Positions 39,981 to 55,563 of a stretch of DNA of 64,000 nt are shown one piece after another. Both the position numbers and the translations under genes were made by a program. How positions within the stretch are numbered: the first letter of the stretch is position 1; every line of letters starts with the position of its first letter. Under the pieces are notes generated by a model. That model saw only the letters and a program-made list of their open reading frames with translations. It was not told where the DNA came from and did not search any database. The stretch lies in contig OZ024741.1 of assembly GCA_964016885.1 (NCBI GenBank), positions 116,994,001-117,058,000 on the forward strand, read 5' to 3'. This stretch comes from Eledone cirrhosa (Eukaryota).

Positions 39981-40760
39981 GACGTAAAATAAGAAAATTA
40001 TAAAAATTAACTTACTTACTAAAATTTCACTCCAACTAATTAGTTTCTGAAAGGGAATAAACATGGTTTCCGAATGGAAGCATGGAGAAACCTTTCGTCA
40101 TCAGGAAGTTCGAAGTTCGTTCTCAGCTAAGTTACCAGGCGATGCGTGGACACAGGGAACTTATATAAAAATAATTCAATGGATGGAAAAAAGCAAGCGT
40201 GGACTAAATTCCAAGACATTGAAAAAATCACTGCCTACTTGGTCGGTGGCAAATTCAAAAGAATCAATCACGTGACATCGAGGTTAATCAGTGAGGAGTG
40301 GGGTGTTAAAAAGACAGTCGCCGAGCCATTACTATGAACTATAGTAGCAGTTTTGGCAAATTTTTGCTCAACAAAATAATTTGGAGATAATTATAAAGAA
40401 TTAGTATATCCACCAACATATATATACAGATGCATACCTATGCTAGCAAATATATAGGTTTGTCTTAGTAACTTTGTGGTTCAATGCAAGGGGATGCAGA
40501 ACAATTATATGAAAGACGTAAAATAAGAAAATTATAAAAATGAACTTACTTACTAAAATTTCACTCCAACTAATTAGTTTCTGAAAGAAGTGGAGGCTTA
40601 GTAAAATCGAATCTTTGGCTGTGGGCAAATATATATATATATAATTACAACAGTGACATAAACAGGTACTCAAATTTCGTTGGGTTCTGGAGCCCAACTC
40701 ATTCAGCTTGACATGAGAAAAATAAAAACAAAGATGGCTTTTTATTTTTATTTTTTTCAT

Positions 40761-40812
40761 GACAGGCTGAATGAGTTGGGGCCCAGACCCCAACGAAAAT
40801 AGAGTACCTGTT
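40761..40812 (+). ncRNA. Type I hammerhead with CUGA-AU-GA core; inverted partner at 40661-40712
   Basis: gacagg-CTGAATGA-gttgggg-cccaga-ccccaac-GAAA-atagag-TA-cctgtt; 6-bp stem I, 7-bp stem II, stem III degraded. Confidence 0.65.
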
Positions 40813-40987
40813 TATGTCACTGTTGTAATTATTTATACTAAACTCGTCCTATGGATTGAGTACTATTACTCTTGGATATTTCCACCTAACATTTACTAAA
40901 GTATATATATATATTTATAGAAGATAGTTTTGTAGCTTGAATCATTGTTTAATAGGAGACTCAAATTTAAATTTGAAGACCAACACA

Positions 40988-41279
40988 ATGCGTTATGAAG
41001 ATTGTTAAATTACCAAGATAACAATAAAATCATATCTTAGCAAATTTAACGATCCCAAATATTTTCGGGTATTTATGGAAACCCATTATGAGAGACTTAA
41101 AAATCAATCGGATAGACTTGTTTGTATGAAAGCAGATTTAAGTAAAATATTAAATATGCTTCCATACAAGCAAGTCTATTCTAATGGGTTATTTAACCCG
41201 AAAATATTTGGGATCGTTAAATTTGGTAAGGTAAGATTCTTTTGTTATCTTGGTAATTTAACAATCTTCATAACGCATT
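40988..41279. repeat. Inverted repeat, ~85-bp arms
   Basis: aatgcgttatgaagattgttaaattaccaagataaca...ttttcggg vs cccgaaaa...tcttcataacgcatt. Confidence 0.85.
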
Positions 41280-41327
41280 CAAAATAAAAATGTGTGTCTC
41301 ATATATATATATATATATGTGTGTGTC

Positions 41328-41930
<603 letters not shown>

Positions 41931-42281
41931 AAGTACCGTGTTTTGAATTACATGGGTTGGAAAAACCACTTTGGTGCAATGCATATAATCTTCATAACAC
42001 GGAAAATATAGTAACCGGAAAAAATGAAATAAAATGTACTAACCATTCCAATAACTATTAAACTCCTGCACAAACTACAGATAGAGTTTGTTTTGCCATA
42101 CATTTGTGGCTGTGTCAGATAACCCTAGGGCTTCTCAACAGGAGTAAGGGTTATATGACACCTAGAGATAATTTAGGTTACTAAATATTGCACGTGGTGT
42201 ATATAGTAAGAGAACAAGTAACACCTCGTGCGACAGACAGCACTTAGTGGCATTAGTGGATCGTAAAACGGCTATATATAT

Positions 42282-42975
42282 ATCATCATCATCATCATCA
42301 TCATCATCGTTTAACGTCCATCTTCCACGGTTGCATGGGTTTGGACGGGAATTTTCCCACTAGAGGCAAGATTGGTTGTCTTGCTCGTATAGGACTATCT
42401 GGCGGGTTTTCTACGGCTGGATGCCTTTCCTAACACCAACCACGTTTACAGTGTGGACTGGGAGGTTTTTACCGTGTTACCTACTCGGGCACATTACAGT
42501 GTGAACTGTGTGTTTTTTTGTCGTGACACCTACACGACCTCATTTATTTCGGACTGGATGTTGTGGTACCAACATAACTTTACATCGAAAGGGGTGGTGT
42601 GGATGGGGTGGGGGTAGTGGGACGGGGGTGTATTTTTGTTAAGAGGTGCCTACTGGCTGTAGGTTTCGTTTTGTACTTAGGCAAGGCGGGTCTTCTGTAT
42701 TACTGTGTAGCGCCAAAGATCTCGGTCCAGTGACATTGTCTTGGAGAGGTGTAAGTGTGTGAGGTCGGAATTTATCAAGTCATCCCAGATTTTTCTGGAT
42801 CTGCCTACTCCGTGGCTACCGTCTATTTTTATCGCCCTGCACTTTTTTATACAGCTCTCGTCTTTCATGCGCATCACGTGACCATACGAACGTAGTCTTC
42901 TGTCGAGTAAACAACATCTGATCCCTCTTATTCCTAATTTCTCCCTTAGTTCATTTATGCTTTGCCGTTCACGTA
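42282..42975 (-). mobile_element. 5'-truncated RTE LINE (second family): ORF end + 3' UTR + (GAT)n tail
   Basis: RRLRSYGHV...QKTRLA*; UTR homologous to ~29160-29490. Confidence 0.9.
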
Positions 42976-43114
42976 TATATATATATACACACACGCATAT
43001 ATACACAAAACGTAAACAGAAATAACAAAGCTCATGTGTATTCCATTTTGGAGAAGGAAAATCCGTTCCTTCCTCTTCTCACGTTCTATCTTTCTATCTT
43101 ATTTTTTCATTCTA

Positions 43115-43150
43115 TCTTCTGATGAAGTGCCAATGTCCGAAACGTTAAGA
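43115..43150 (+). ncRNA. Minimal type I hammerhead with decayed stem II (relative at ~31595-31630)
   Basis: tctt-CTGATGA-agtgccaatgtcc-GAAA-CG-TT-aaga; palindromic AACGTT. Confidence 0.5.
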
Positions 43151-43443
43151 ATCTTTTCCTACTATATCAAACGTTATACTAAGATATTTTTGTGTCGTTT
43201 GCTTTTTGCACATATATATAGAGAGAGAAGGGGGAGAGAGAGCCGAGTAAAATCTGGGGTAACCACAGTTACTAAATTCATTAGTAGAGTGTAAGCATCA
43301 CTTTTTAATATAGAAATGGCTTCTACAAGACTAGAACTGTTTCGATGATTTCTTCTGAATGAAACAGTTCTAAACCCGTAGAAGCCATTTCTATAGTAAA
43401 TAAATGTTTCTATTTCTATAGTAAATAATGATATATATATATG

Positions 43444-43576
<133 letters not shown>

Positions 43577-43607
43577 AAAGAATAGAGGTGTAACACACGA
43601 GTTATGA

Positions 43608-44029
<422 letters not shown>

Positions 44030-44039
44030 AAAAGAACTG

Positions 44040-44495
44040 AACCTCTACTTCTTGGAACGAAGACGGGAGAGATATGCAGTGATCTACATGTGGAAAATCC
44101 TGGAGGGACTAGCACCAAACTTTGGCATTGGGAGCTGGACCAGCCGTCGAACAGGACGTCACTGTGTGGTGCCAAAGGTCCCGTCTTCCACATCTAGAAT
44201 AAGGAGCAGGTATTGCAATAGCCTGGGATTCAAGGGCCCCCCAACTCTTCAACAAGCTGCCGAGGGATCTGTGAGATCTGCATGGTGTGGAGGTGGATGT
44301 CTTCAAGAAACATCTCGACACCTTGCTATCCAGGATCCCGGATGAGCCCACAGCAAGGCACGAGGGAAACCTAAGGGCAGCAGCAACAAACTCCCTCTTA
44401 CACCAGTGGCCAATCAATACAGGCTGGAGATAAAATGTGTAGCAACAATGGCGGTGCCCCAGTATGGCCTCAGCAGGATGGCTGGAACAGGTAAA
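44040..44495 (+). mobile_element. CR1/L2-group LINE 3' end
   Basis: [22 protein letters not shown], then after a frameshift LFNKLPRDL and [19 protein letters not shown], typical of CR1-group ORF2 C-termini. Confidence 0.75.
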
Positions 44496-44496
44496 A

Positions 44497-44579
<83 letters not shown>

Positions 44580-44588
44580 CACATATAT

Positions 44589-44630
<42 letters not shown>

Positions 44631-44916
44631 GGGTGGATTTACATGAATAAAGGGTATTCTTTTGCGGGATAACAATTTGTTTTAAATTTTATTAATTTCT
44701 AGATTGATCACGAACAGAATATTTTTTTCTTGTATTATTGAAATTGCTCTGCAGTCTGATATTGTGAAGGCGAGGAGGACAAGCATCGGCTGTTTTATTT
44801 TAAGTACGAAAATCCAGTATTTCATGGCATTATAATATTACAGAGTATTAAGAAGGAACATAAACAAATTTAAATAATAATAATGACATTTTATTTATTC
44901 ATTTATTTATCTATGC

Positions 44917-44968
<52 letters not shown>

Positions 44969-44972
<4 letters not shown>

Positions 44973-47110
44973 GCTGATCGTATAAGGCGCTTTGAAAAAC
45001 GATCTAGATTCTATAAGGACAATAATATGTTCAAAAACAACCAAAGAAACTTCTACAGAAAAATTGGTAAGTCAACAATAACTGCTAAATCAATACCACC
45101 CAAGGAGGAAGTGCAAGAATTCTGGGAAAAGATCTGGGCCGAAGAAAAAGTTCATAACATACATGCCCCATGGATAGACAGACAAATGAAAGATACAGCT
45201 CACCTTGAGGAACAAACATGGGAAAATATAACAGTTGAACAGTTGCGCTTGGCTCTAAGAAAAAACAGCAAATGGAAATCCCCAGGAAAAGACAAAATAC
45301 AAAACTTTTGGATAAATGCCTTCACAGAGTCTCATGAGCTGTTAGCCCAACTTTACAATGAAATAGTTAAGGAGCCAGAAAAGATACCTTCATGGGTAGT
45401 TAACGGCATTACATTCCTGCTTCCGAAGAATGATGAGACAAACAATCCCAAAAATTACAGACCGATAACTTGCTTGACCACAATGTATAAAATTTTAACA
45501 TCAGTCCTAACTGAATACACATATGACCACCTGATAACAAATGACCTATTTCCCATTGAGCAGAAAGGGTGTAAACGAGGCTCATATGGCTGTAAGGATC
45601 AGCTTCTGGTTAACAAAATGATACTGAAAGATTGTCATAATAGACACAAAAATCTATCGATTGCTTGGATAGATTATAAAAAAGCATTTGATAGTTTGCC
45701 ACACAGTTGGATTGAAAAATGTTTAGAGATTTTCAAAGTATCCCCCGTTGTCAGGAGGTTTTTGTCATTCAGTATGAAGACATGGAAAACGACACTCCTT
45801 TTGAATAGTGAAACAAAATCACTGGAAGCTGGAGAAGTTAATATTAATTGTGGAATTTTTCAGGGTGACTCTTTATTACCGCTTTTATTCTGCATCGCAC
45901 TTATACCATTAAGTAAAATGCTCAATGAAACAAAACATGGATATAAAGTCTATGACAAAACCATTAATCACCTGTTTTACATGGATGACCTGAAACTATT
46001 TGCAAAAAATGATGAACAATTGCAAGGGCTATTATCCACTATGAAGCAGTTCAGTGATGACATTAAAATGGAGTTTGGACTAGATAAATGCGCCAAAGCA
46101 ACGTTCACCAGAGGAAAGCTGCTGAAGAGTTCAGACATTAATCTTGATCGGGGGAACGTGATAAGAGAACTTGATCAAGAAAAAACTTACAAATATCTAG
46201 GTGTTTGTGAAGGAGACGGAATCAAGCACTCGACAATGAGGGAAAGGATAAGGAAGGAATGTTACCGCAGAGTAAGAGCAATCTTAAGAACGGAATTGAA
46301 TGCAAGGAATAGGATCGATGCCATAAACACGCTTGCCATACCAGTAGTAACCTACAGTTACAATGTCATCAACTGGTCAAGCACAGAGATCCGTAGGCTC
46401 GATACAAAAATTCGAAAATTCTTAACCATGCACAGAATACATCACCCTAAGGCAGATATAGATAGAATATATCTCCCTAGGAAAGAAGGAGGACGTGGGT
46501 TAATCCAGTTAGACATTGCGTTGAAAACTGCAACAATTGGATTATCTACATATCTAAGGGAATGACATGATTGGATGATCAAACTCGTTTTGAAACACGA
46601 AAGCATCAAAAGATCATATTCCATTACAAAAGATGCACAAAGATACAGTAATGGACTACAAATTTCAGAAGTCCCATTTACTGCTGAAATGGAAAACACA
46701 GAAAAAGCAAAGCAGGTAAAAGTAACTGCAAAGAAAGAACTGCTACAGAAACTGGCTAAAAAATGGCAAGAAAAGCCTCTGTATGGAAAATACCCAGAGC
46801 GAGCTAACAATCCTGATGTTGACAAAACTTTAACCCATCAGTGGTTGGCATCCTCTGGACTGAAATCGGAGACTGAAGGACTGATTATATCAGCACAAGA
46901 TCAGTGTCTGCCAACAAAAAATTACTAAGCCAACATAATAAAAAATGGATGCAACCCATTATGCCGTGTATGCAAAAAACAACCAGAGACCATTGACCAT
47001 ATAATTTCAATGTGCAGTCCTATAGCTCCAACCGAATACCTAAACAGGCATGACAGAGCTGCACAATACATACATTGGATAATGTGTAAGCATTTTGACC
47101 TGCCCCAACG
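44969..47110 (+). mobile_element. R4/Dong-clade LINE copy A, truncated at both ends, starting at (TAA)n
   Basis: [65 protein letters not shown]; stops near 46565 and 46928. Confidence 0.92.
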
Positions 47111-47116
47111 AAATAA

Positions 47117-50100
47117 TTGAATAGAACTGTTATGCAATGTTACCTGAAGAGTAACCGCAAGGAGAAAGGCTATAGGAAACGGATGCATAACATCTGGAAC
47201 GAGATTGGTCTATTTAAATTAGATGAACAAAAATTGGCCGGGCAGGCTCGGGTAATAAGAACTAATGGGTGGATAAGCGAGCTGGAACTGGAGAAACTGA
47301 GCAGAGAGATTAGCTTGGAGATGGAGAGTGGAGTATGCCAGGCAAACGAGCCAGTGGGAAATGAAGGTGAAGAGGTCGAGAGAACGGAGGAACCACCCGA
47401 AGCAGACAATGATCCGAATGCTGAGATAAATAGTACCTGGAACAGAGATACGGCCACTGAGGAGATGAATGCTGACGGGCTAGGACAAGATTTGGTTGAT
47501 ATCCTAAACTTAGTGGTAGATGAATTGAACAATGATAGTGGGAGACCTATGAACCTAAGATTTGTAGACAGGAAAAAGTTAAAAGAAACAACAGCTAAGG
47601 TAAACAAAGTCATCCCATACCTTGAGGCGAGGAGCCTTCACCAGTGCAACAATATCCTCAAAGCAACAGCAAATACGGTGAGGAAACTACTTGGTATAAA
47701 AGCGAGAGGAAGCAACAGACAAGAAAGAGCAGAGCCTTGGTGGAAGAAACGACTGAGTGGTCAAATCAGGAAAATGAGAAATGACATTGGAAAGTTTGAG
47801 TCCCTACTGAATGGGACACTAAAAAAACATCGACACTAAAAATAGACTGGAAATAAAGTACAAAACTAGGAGGAAAAATCTAAATATTATCATAGAGGAA
47901 CTGAAGCAACGCATTGTAGCAAAGAGTGCAAAAATCAGGCGATACGAGAACAGAGTCAGTCAGTATAGACAGAACCGCATGTTCGACAACAACCAGAAGA
48001 TGTTGTTTGGACAGCTTGAAGGGAAAGAAAGAGGCAACGACTTGATCCCTGAGGCGGAACAAACTAAAACATTCTGGAGAGGAATATGGGAGCAGGATGT
48101 TAAACATAATGACCAGGCAGTGTGGATTGAGACAGTACAGAAGGAGATCAGTGAACAGGCACACCAACAAACTGATTTGAGTATCACAGTTGAAACTCTT
48201 AAGGGGCAGGCCAAAAAACTAACCAACTGGAAATAACCAGGTCCAGATGGTGTGCAGGGGTATTGGATTAAAAATATAACATCCCTCCACCCGAAACTGA
48301 CAACCATGTTCAATGACTGCTTGATGTCAGGTGAGGTACCAGAGTGGTTGACAAAAGGTACCACAGTTCTGATAATGAAAGACCGAATCAAGGGTAATGA
48401 TGTTACCAACTATAGACCTATCACATGTCTGTCCGTAATGTGGAAACTGTTGACAAGCATTATGTCTGAGGAAATCTACCATCACCTTCACACAAAAAAC
48501 TTATTACCGGACGAACAGAAAGGATGCTGAAAGAAGTCACGTGGTACAAAGGACCAGTTATTTATTGATAAGATGGTAATGAGGAATTGCAAGAGGAGAC
48601 ACACTGGTCTTGCCATGGGATGGATAGACTACAAAAAGGCATTTGACATGGTGCCTCATTCTTGGATCACCAAAAGCCTGGAGATCTTCAAGGTGGCAGA
48701 TAACATCAGGCAGTTGTTGGGCAAAAGTATGAAGTCCTGGGAAACAGAGATAACATCAACTGGAGAATCCTTGGGAAGCGTGAAGATCAAGAGAGGTATC
48801 TTCCAGGGAGATAGTCTGTCCCCTCTGTTGTTTGTCCTTGCCCTGATGCCCCTGACCAGTGTACTGCGAAAAGTGAGAGCAGGATACAGGTTGGGAAAGG
48901 GAGGGCTTACCATCAATCACCTCCTCTTCATGGACGATCTTAAGCTCTTCGGGAAGAGTGAGAAGGAGTTGGATGTGTTTGTTGACACTGTCCGTATTTT
49001 CAGCAATGATATATGTATGCAATTTGGTATTAGTAAGTGTGGAGTCATTGTGATGAGGAGGGGTAAGTTGAGCAGAAATAACGGAATCCAGATACCAACA
49101 GGTGAGATGATAAAGGAAATTGACTCTGAGGAAGGATACAAGTATTTGGGCGTTCTGGAGGCTGATGACATCAAGAACAAAAAAATGAAGGAATTGATAA
49201 GAACTGAATACCTTCGGAGAGTAAGGAGCGTATTAAAGTCACATCTGAACAGTAGGAATGCCATAAGTGCAGTAAATTGCCGAGCTGTGTCTATTATTAG
49301 GTACAGTGCGGGAATTCTGAGATGGAATGTTGCTGAACAAAAAGAAATGGATAGGAAGACTAGGAAGCTATTGACTATCTACAACATGTTCCACAAGAGG
49401 AGTGATGTCGATAGACTCTACTTAAGGAGATCTGAGGGTGGAAGAGGTCTTATCAGCATAGAGGACTGTGTTCAGATGGAGAAAAACAACCTACACAAAT
49501 ACGTGACTGATAGTAAGGAGCCAATGCTCAGAACTGTACTGAAGGAGGGGACAATAGGCCAGGGGATGTCCAAGGAGGAAATAACATCAAGGAGAAAGAG
49601 CAGCCTTCAGGAAAAATCCCTTCATAGTACCTTCTTTGAAAGAACTGAATTTAGAGATCCACAGGCATGGAACTGGTTGAAAAGAGGAGACCTTAAAAAG
49701 GCTACAGAAGGAATGTTAATGGCTGCGCAGGAGCAGGCCCTCAAAACGAAGTGTTTGAAACACCACATTTACAAGGAGGAGGCTAGCCCACTGTGCAGGA
49801 TATGTGGAGAGAGAGAGGAGACTGTGGCTCACATTGTATCCGAGTGTAAACACCTAGCCCAGACTCACTATAAGGGCTGGAGACATGATGTGATGGGCAG
49901 GGTGATCCACTGGCACCTATGCAAAGTAAACAATTTACCACATTCTGAGAAGTGGTATGACCATAAGCCAGAGGCGGTGATAGAAAACGATCAGGTGAAG
50001 GTGCTGTGGGATTTTAGGATACAGACGGACAAGAAACTGGAACACAATAGACCTGACCAGGTGGTTTTGGACAAAGAAAAAAGATCGTGCCTGATTGTGG

Positions 50101-50437
50101 ATGTGGCCTGCCCATTCGACACGAGAGTGCAAGAGAAGGAGAGGGAGAAAATTAACCGATACCAGGACTTAAAGTGGGAGGTAAAAAGGATTTGGAACTG
50201 CCATGAAGTCAAAGTGACCCCGATTGTCATAGGCGCACTAGGGACTATCTCAAAAAGTTTCCAGGGATGGTTAAAGAAAATTGGCCCCTTCACGCTTTTT
50301 GGAACGCTTCAAAAGGCATGCTTGCTGGGAACAGCAAGAACCCTCCGATACGTCCTGAATATCTGAGGCTGCAGGTAGTGGCTTGATATTCATTCCAACA
50401 AACTTTCCAGTTAACTAACATCAATGACTGAGACTCA
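47117..50437 (+). mobile_element. R4/Dong-clade LINE copy B (RT + CCHC + restriction-like endonuclease), ending in (GAA)n
   Basis: N-terminal GYRKRMHNIW..QKLAGQAR; HLLFMDD; [14 protein letters not shown]; [22 protein letters not shown]; several stops upstream of 48573. Confidence 0.94.
48573..50366 (+). pseudogene. Open C-terminal 597 aa of the R4 RT-REL polyprotein
   Basis: Continuous RT, thumb, CCHC and PD-(D/E)xK endonuclease motifs; upstream part disrupted. Confidence 0.88.
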
Positions 50438-50512
50438 AAGAAGAAGAAGAAGAAGAAGAAGAAGAAGAAGAAGAAGAAGAAGAAGAAGAAGAAGAAGAAG
50501 AAGAAGAAGAAG

Positions 50513-50541
<29 letters not shown>
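50438..50541. repeat. (GAA)n tract at the 3' end of R4 copy B
   Basis: Direct reading. Confidence 0.97.
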
Positions 50542-50543
<2 letters not shown>

Positions 50544-50947
50544 GTTTTTAGATTCAATTTTGCTTTGAAATTCTTCACCTAACTGGTATGGAATAGAGAG
50601 AAGAAAAATAAATTAATGCTGGAAGTTCTAAAGTGATTGGGGTTTTTGATAGGATTAACTTCTGCAAATGCCAACCACTAAGTCTATGGGAATATACAAA
50701 ATGGCGTCAAATAGCGACCAGGTGAAAACATCCATAGTCTTACACAGCGGCTACACTAATCCGGGGTTTGACTGGATATATCCTCATTAATGTCTCATTT
50801 TGACAGTTTCTAATCCTTCAATTCACCTGGATTATCTGCTGTGTTCCCTTTTGATACTCGCCCTCCCAAACCCTCACTGGCTCATATGTATTTATCACTC
50901 ACACACACACACTTATACATATATACATACACACATACACACACACA

Positions 50948-51217
<270 letters not shown>

Positions 51218-52519
51218 AATATACATATACATAATTCCAATTATTATATATCCACAATGGATGACTATAACATGTAAAAAGGTTAAAATTTGGTTATTCC
51301 TGCCTTATGATTGGCGTATGGTGCTGTGACCGTAACCAATGGCAAGATGAGTTATCGATTCAGTTTCAATTCCTACTTGGATATGTTTTCACTGACAACA
51401 CTAAAAAAAGCTTTATTTAAACGGAAGACCAGCAATTTGGTGGAAAGAGAGAGTGGAATAAATCGATTCTAGTACATATCTGGTGTTATGTTTTATCGAT
51501 GCTGAAAGTATGAGTTGACCTCAGTGGGATTTGAACCGAGAGCACAGAGAACCAGAAGGAATACCGCAAAACATTCTCCTTACCTACTAACGACCCTGTC
51601 AATTCCACTTTCCTTTATCTACGGTTACAATCATATCGAACAGGCAATGAACTTATTATGTCATTCAAAATGGTTGTCAATTGAAAAGTGAGAAATCGTC
51701 AAAAATTGTGAAAAAGTGAAAGATCGTTTCAAAATAAATCAACAGTTTTTAAGAATAGTTATCTATCATTTCCTTGTTAGATCAGTTGAAAAAGGCATGA
51801 ACGCCACAACATGAGTACAAATGCTTTCTTTTTATTCCTAGTTAACACAAGGAGCTATCGCCATTTTACTTCCTTTCACTTTATACTGTGTATCGGACCA
51901 ACGATAGTGTCCGCGCCAACAAGACAGCCTCTACGTGGTCACTCGACCTGCTTAGGATAGCAGCTAAATCTCTTTCATTTGAAAGTGGGGGATTGAGGAG
52001 TATAAGTTGTGACATATACTGTTTAAATTATCGCTCTCCTAATATATCAGTGATTCTTTATATTTTTTACTAGGGACATAGTATAAATATCATAGTATTA
52101 AACCCTAATAATAATACCTTACTATATTAACATAGTATAAATACCATAGTACAATATGATAAAACCATAGAATAATATAATTTTATAAACCATAGTATAA
52201 TACCATATCATTATATAATAGTATAGTATTATAGTGTAAAACCATAGAATAATATCATAGTATAGAAAATAAGTTCTTGTTTAAAAAGGTAAAGACTTAT
52301 TGGGCTCTATATTCCCTATATTCTATAAAAATATAGAATGACCACTGTGGAAAGACCTATGGTCATAGTTTTCTCGATGACCTGAGATTAAACAATAACA
52401 ACAACAGTAACGACAACTTTACTGTGAATAATATACTCTGTAAAAGATTGTATTTCCTCTCCTTGTTTCTCTCCGTCCTTCCTGTGTGAGAAAAATCATT
52501 TTGACATTATTTGAAATTA

Positions 52520-52750
52520 TCAAATTGGGTTCTATTCAGAGATCACAGCTCCGATACTATGGACCTGTGGTTAGAATGTCTCAAGAAAGAATCGCTGAAC
52601 AGATTTTACAGCCAAAACCAACCGACAAGAGACCTAGGGGTAGGCCCCGAGCAAGAAGAAGAAGAAGAAGAAGAAGAAGAAGAAGAAGAAGAAGAAGAAG
52701 AAGAAGAAGAAGAAGAAGAAGAAGAAGAAGAAGAAGAAGAAGAAGAAGAA
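52520..52750 (+). mobile_element. Short RTE-type ORF remnant followed by (GAA)n
   Basis: IQRSQLRYYGPVVRM...KRPRGRPR, then a GAA tract at ~52653-52750. Confidence 0.6.
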
Positions 52751-53891
52751 GGCTTCATTCTGTAACGTGAGGAATTTTCCTAATTAATCCCATGTTTATA
52801 AACTATTATGGAGTTTAACAGGTTTCTGTTGGGAAATGTGGTCCCAGATATATAAAAAAGTACAGGCTGGAACATATTTTGAATAATACAAGGAAAGCAA
52901 AGGAACTGAACGTCAGTTCGAACGAAGGACACAATGTTTCTATGATCTTTCCAATTCTGGTATTATCCTCTACTCACAACTCCTAGCAAAAGGATGTGGA
53001 ATTATAATTTAGAACGCACAAATCAGGTGTAGTGAGCAATCTGTCCCGACGTTTTAGCAATTTTGCAAATCCCCAATCCCTGTACTGGTACTTTATTTAT
53101 CGACCCCGAATGAATGAAAGCAAACCACACAAGCACCACCACGAACATCACCAAAACAACAACTATCACCACCACTACTCACACACCCAACACCATCACC
53201 ACCGCACTACACATGACCACCACTACCACTACTGCCACCTAACCTAGCCTCGTCACATATTGTGTCACGTTGCATTTCCCTGAGAATTAAATTAGGGGTA
53301 TACTTTATTGTGGAATGCTCAGTCACACGTTCATTTCATGAGCAATCAGTTCCGTTGATCAAATAACTGGAACACTCATCGTTGAAACCGACTGCAGTCC
53401 ATTACACTTATGATAATTTGGGCCAACTGGAAGTTAAAGGTAGCAGCGATGAGTCAGTCGATGGACCATCCACTCTTTGGCTAGTCGTCTGTCTTGCAGG
53501 GTAACTTTTGCTGTTCTATCTTCTGCTCTCTATAGCATCTATGCCGATTATAATTTCTAGAACTAAGATCCTTAACGTTTGCAGAGAATCGTAAATATTC
53601 GGATTGGTTCGTAAATATCCTTTGATTTCGTAAATTCCATTTTTAGCTCAGCTCTAGCCATTCAACATCACTAGTTATACATTCTTAACTCAAATACATA
53701 AATCTGCAGAAAATACGTTAGGGATTGCTGTCTGAAGTCAAGACACCTGATTTCTCCTGTATTTAACAACAACAACAACACACACATGTATATATATATA
53801 TATATATATATGCGCATATACAGACACATACACACGTGAAACTGATATGACTTTCTGTAATTATATCTCTATCTCTGTGTATGTCTTTTCT

Positions 53892-53958
<67 letters not shown>

Positions 53959-54792
53959 TCTCTTTCTATCTCTCTCCCTCTCTCTCTGAGTGTGTGTTTG
54001 TGTATGTTATACACGCAATCAGGCGCATAATCATATCTGCCACCACTGCTCTGTAAACAAATAACAAATACACCATCACACTAATACCCCTGTCTATTTT
54101 CTACCCTGATAATCCCAGATAAAGGTAGCTCTGTATTACACATAGAGACAGGCCAATAAAGTACAGTACATGCTATTCTCACAGAACAAGAAGATGGGAT
54201 TCACATGTGAAAGCGGTTTGCTTGTCAACCATATCAGTAGTGCTAGGGACTTAGAAAACATCAGGATTTAAAAGACCTTAAGCATTTTTCAGATCATCTT
54301 CTGTCTGTTAATACTACAATTTCAATCCCTATTGACAGACAAAAGGCGAAGATAAAGTTATAGGAATATCTTCCGATGTACATGGCGGCCATTTTGACAA
54401 TCCGAGTTAAGTTACATGAAACTATATTATTTAAGAGTTGAACTGAATCTTTAACTGGTTTGCGTGTTTTCTGATGGTTCGTTTGTTCACATTCTCTACG
54501 ATTTTTCTGTTTATCCTTGTGTATCACATTCACTGAGCCCTTTCTCTTTATCTGTGTATATCGCATTTTCTGAGTCTTTTCTGTTTATCTGTTTATATCA
54601 TAGGCCTCTGTAAGAGTTTAGGTGTGGATGTACGTTTGAGTGTTTACGTATATTTCAGTGATCTCCGTGCATGTGTCCTTTGGTGTTTAAGTTCATCTTA
54701 TGTGTATGAGTGAATGTGAGTGCGTATATGTAAGTAGGTGTGCGTGTAGATGCTACCTGTGAGTGTGTGTCTGTATCCACATGACAGTCATA

Positions 54793-54904
54793 AATAATTG
54801 TTTCTACTTTTGGCACAAGGCCAGCAATTAATCCAGTGTATTACTGGTACTTTATTCTATCGACCCTGTAAGGATGACAGGCAAAGTTAACCTCGGCAGG
54901 ATTT
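54793..54904 (-). mobile_element. SINE family A 3' half
   Basis: Same body as 543-711; a more diverged copy lies at ~51420-51605. Confidence 0.85.
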
Positions 54905-55125
54905 AAATAATGAAATACACACACACACGGACCCCCCCCCCCACACACACACATACACACACAACAATATATATATAAATAGATAGATAGGTAGATAGGT
55001 AGATAGGTAGATAGATAGATAGACTTATATATTGTTTATTATTTACAGGTTTTCTAAAAAATTCACCTACAATATTATAAAAGGGATTGATATAATTCAT
55101 CGAAATTTCTCGTGCCGTTTAGTGC

Positions 55126-55229
<104 letters not shown>

Positions 55230-55371
55230 ACGGTCTCACCTCAAAACAGACAACATATCCAATACAGTCGTATTCTCTTCTACGGGTCTCTCTTATCATC
55301 GAAGCTGGGTACTTCAGCTAGTATAATATAATATATAAATATAATATAATATATAATTATAAGTATATGTA

Positions 55372-55563
55372 TACATGGTGGGCCATGTATACATATACTT
55401 ACCTATTTTTTTTTTTATTAATAAAAGATTACAAATTAACTCAAAACTAATTTTTCTTGGAAGGTATATTTTTCTATAATTGGATCTTGTTTAAATTCAA
55501 CTTTAATTTGAAAGAAAAAAGAAATTATGATTTTTTAAAAATAGGAAGTGACTTTTGACCAAC

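Noticed and set aside
44883-44968. Apparent hydrophobic N-terminus of the 560-aa ORF
   Set aside because: The poly-Ile is the (TAA)n tract fused in frame to a 5'-truncated R4 element.
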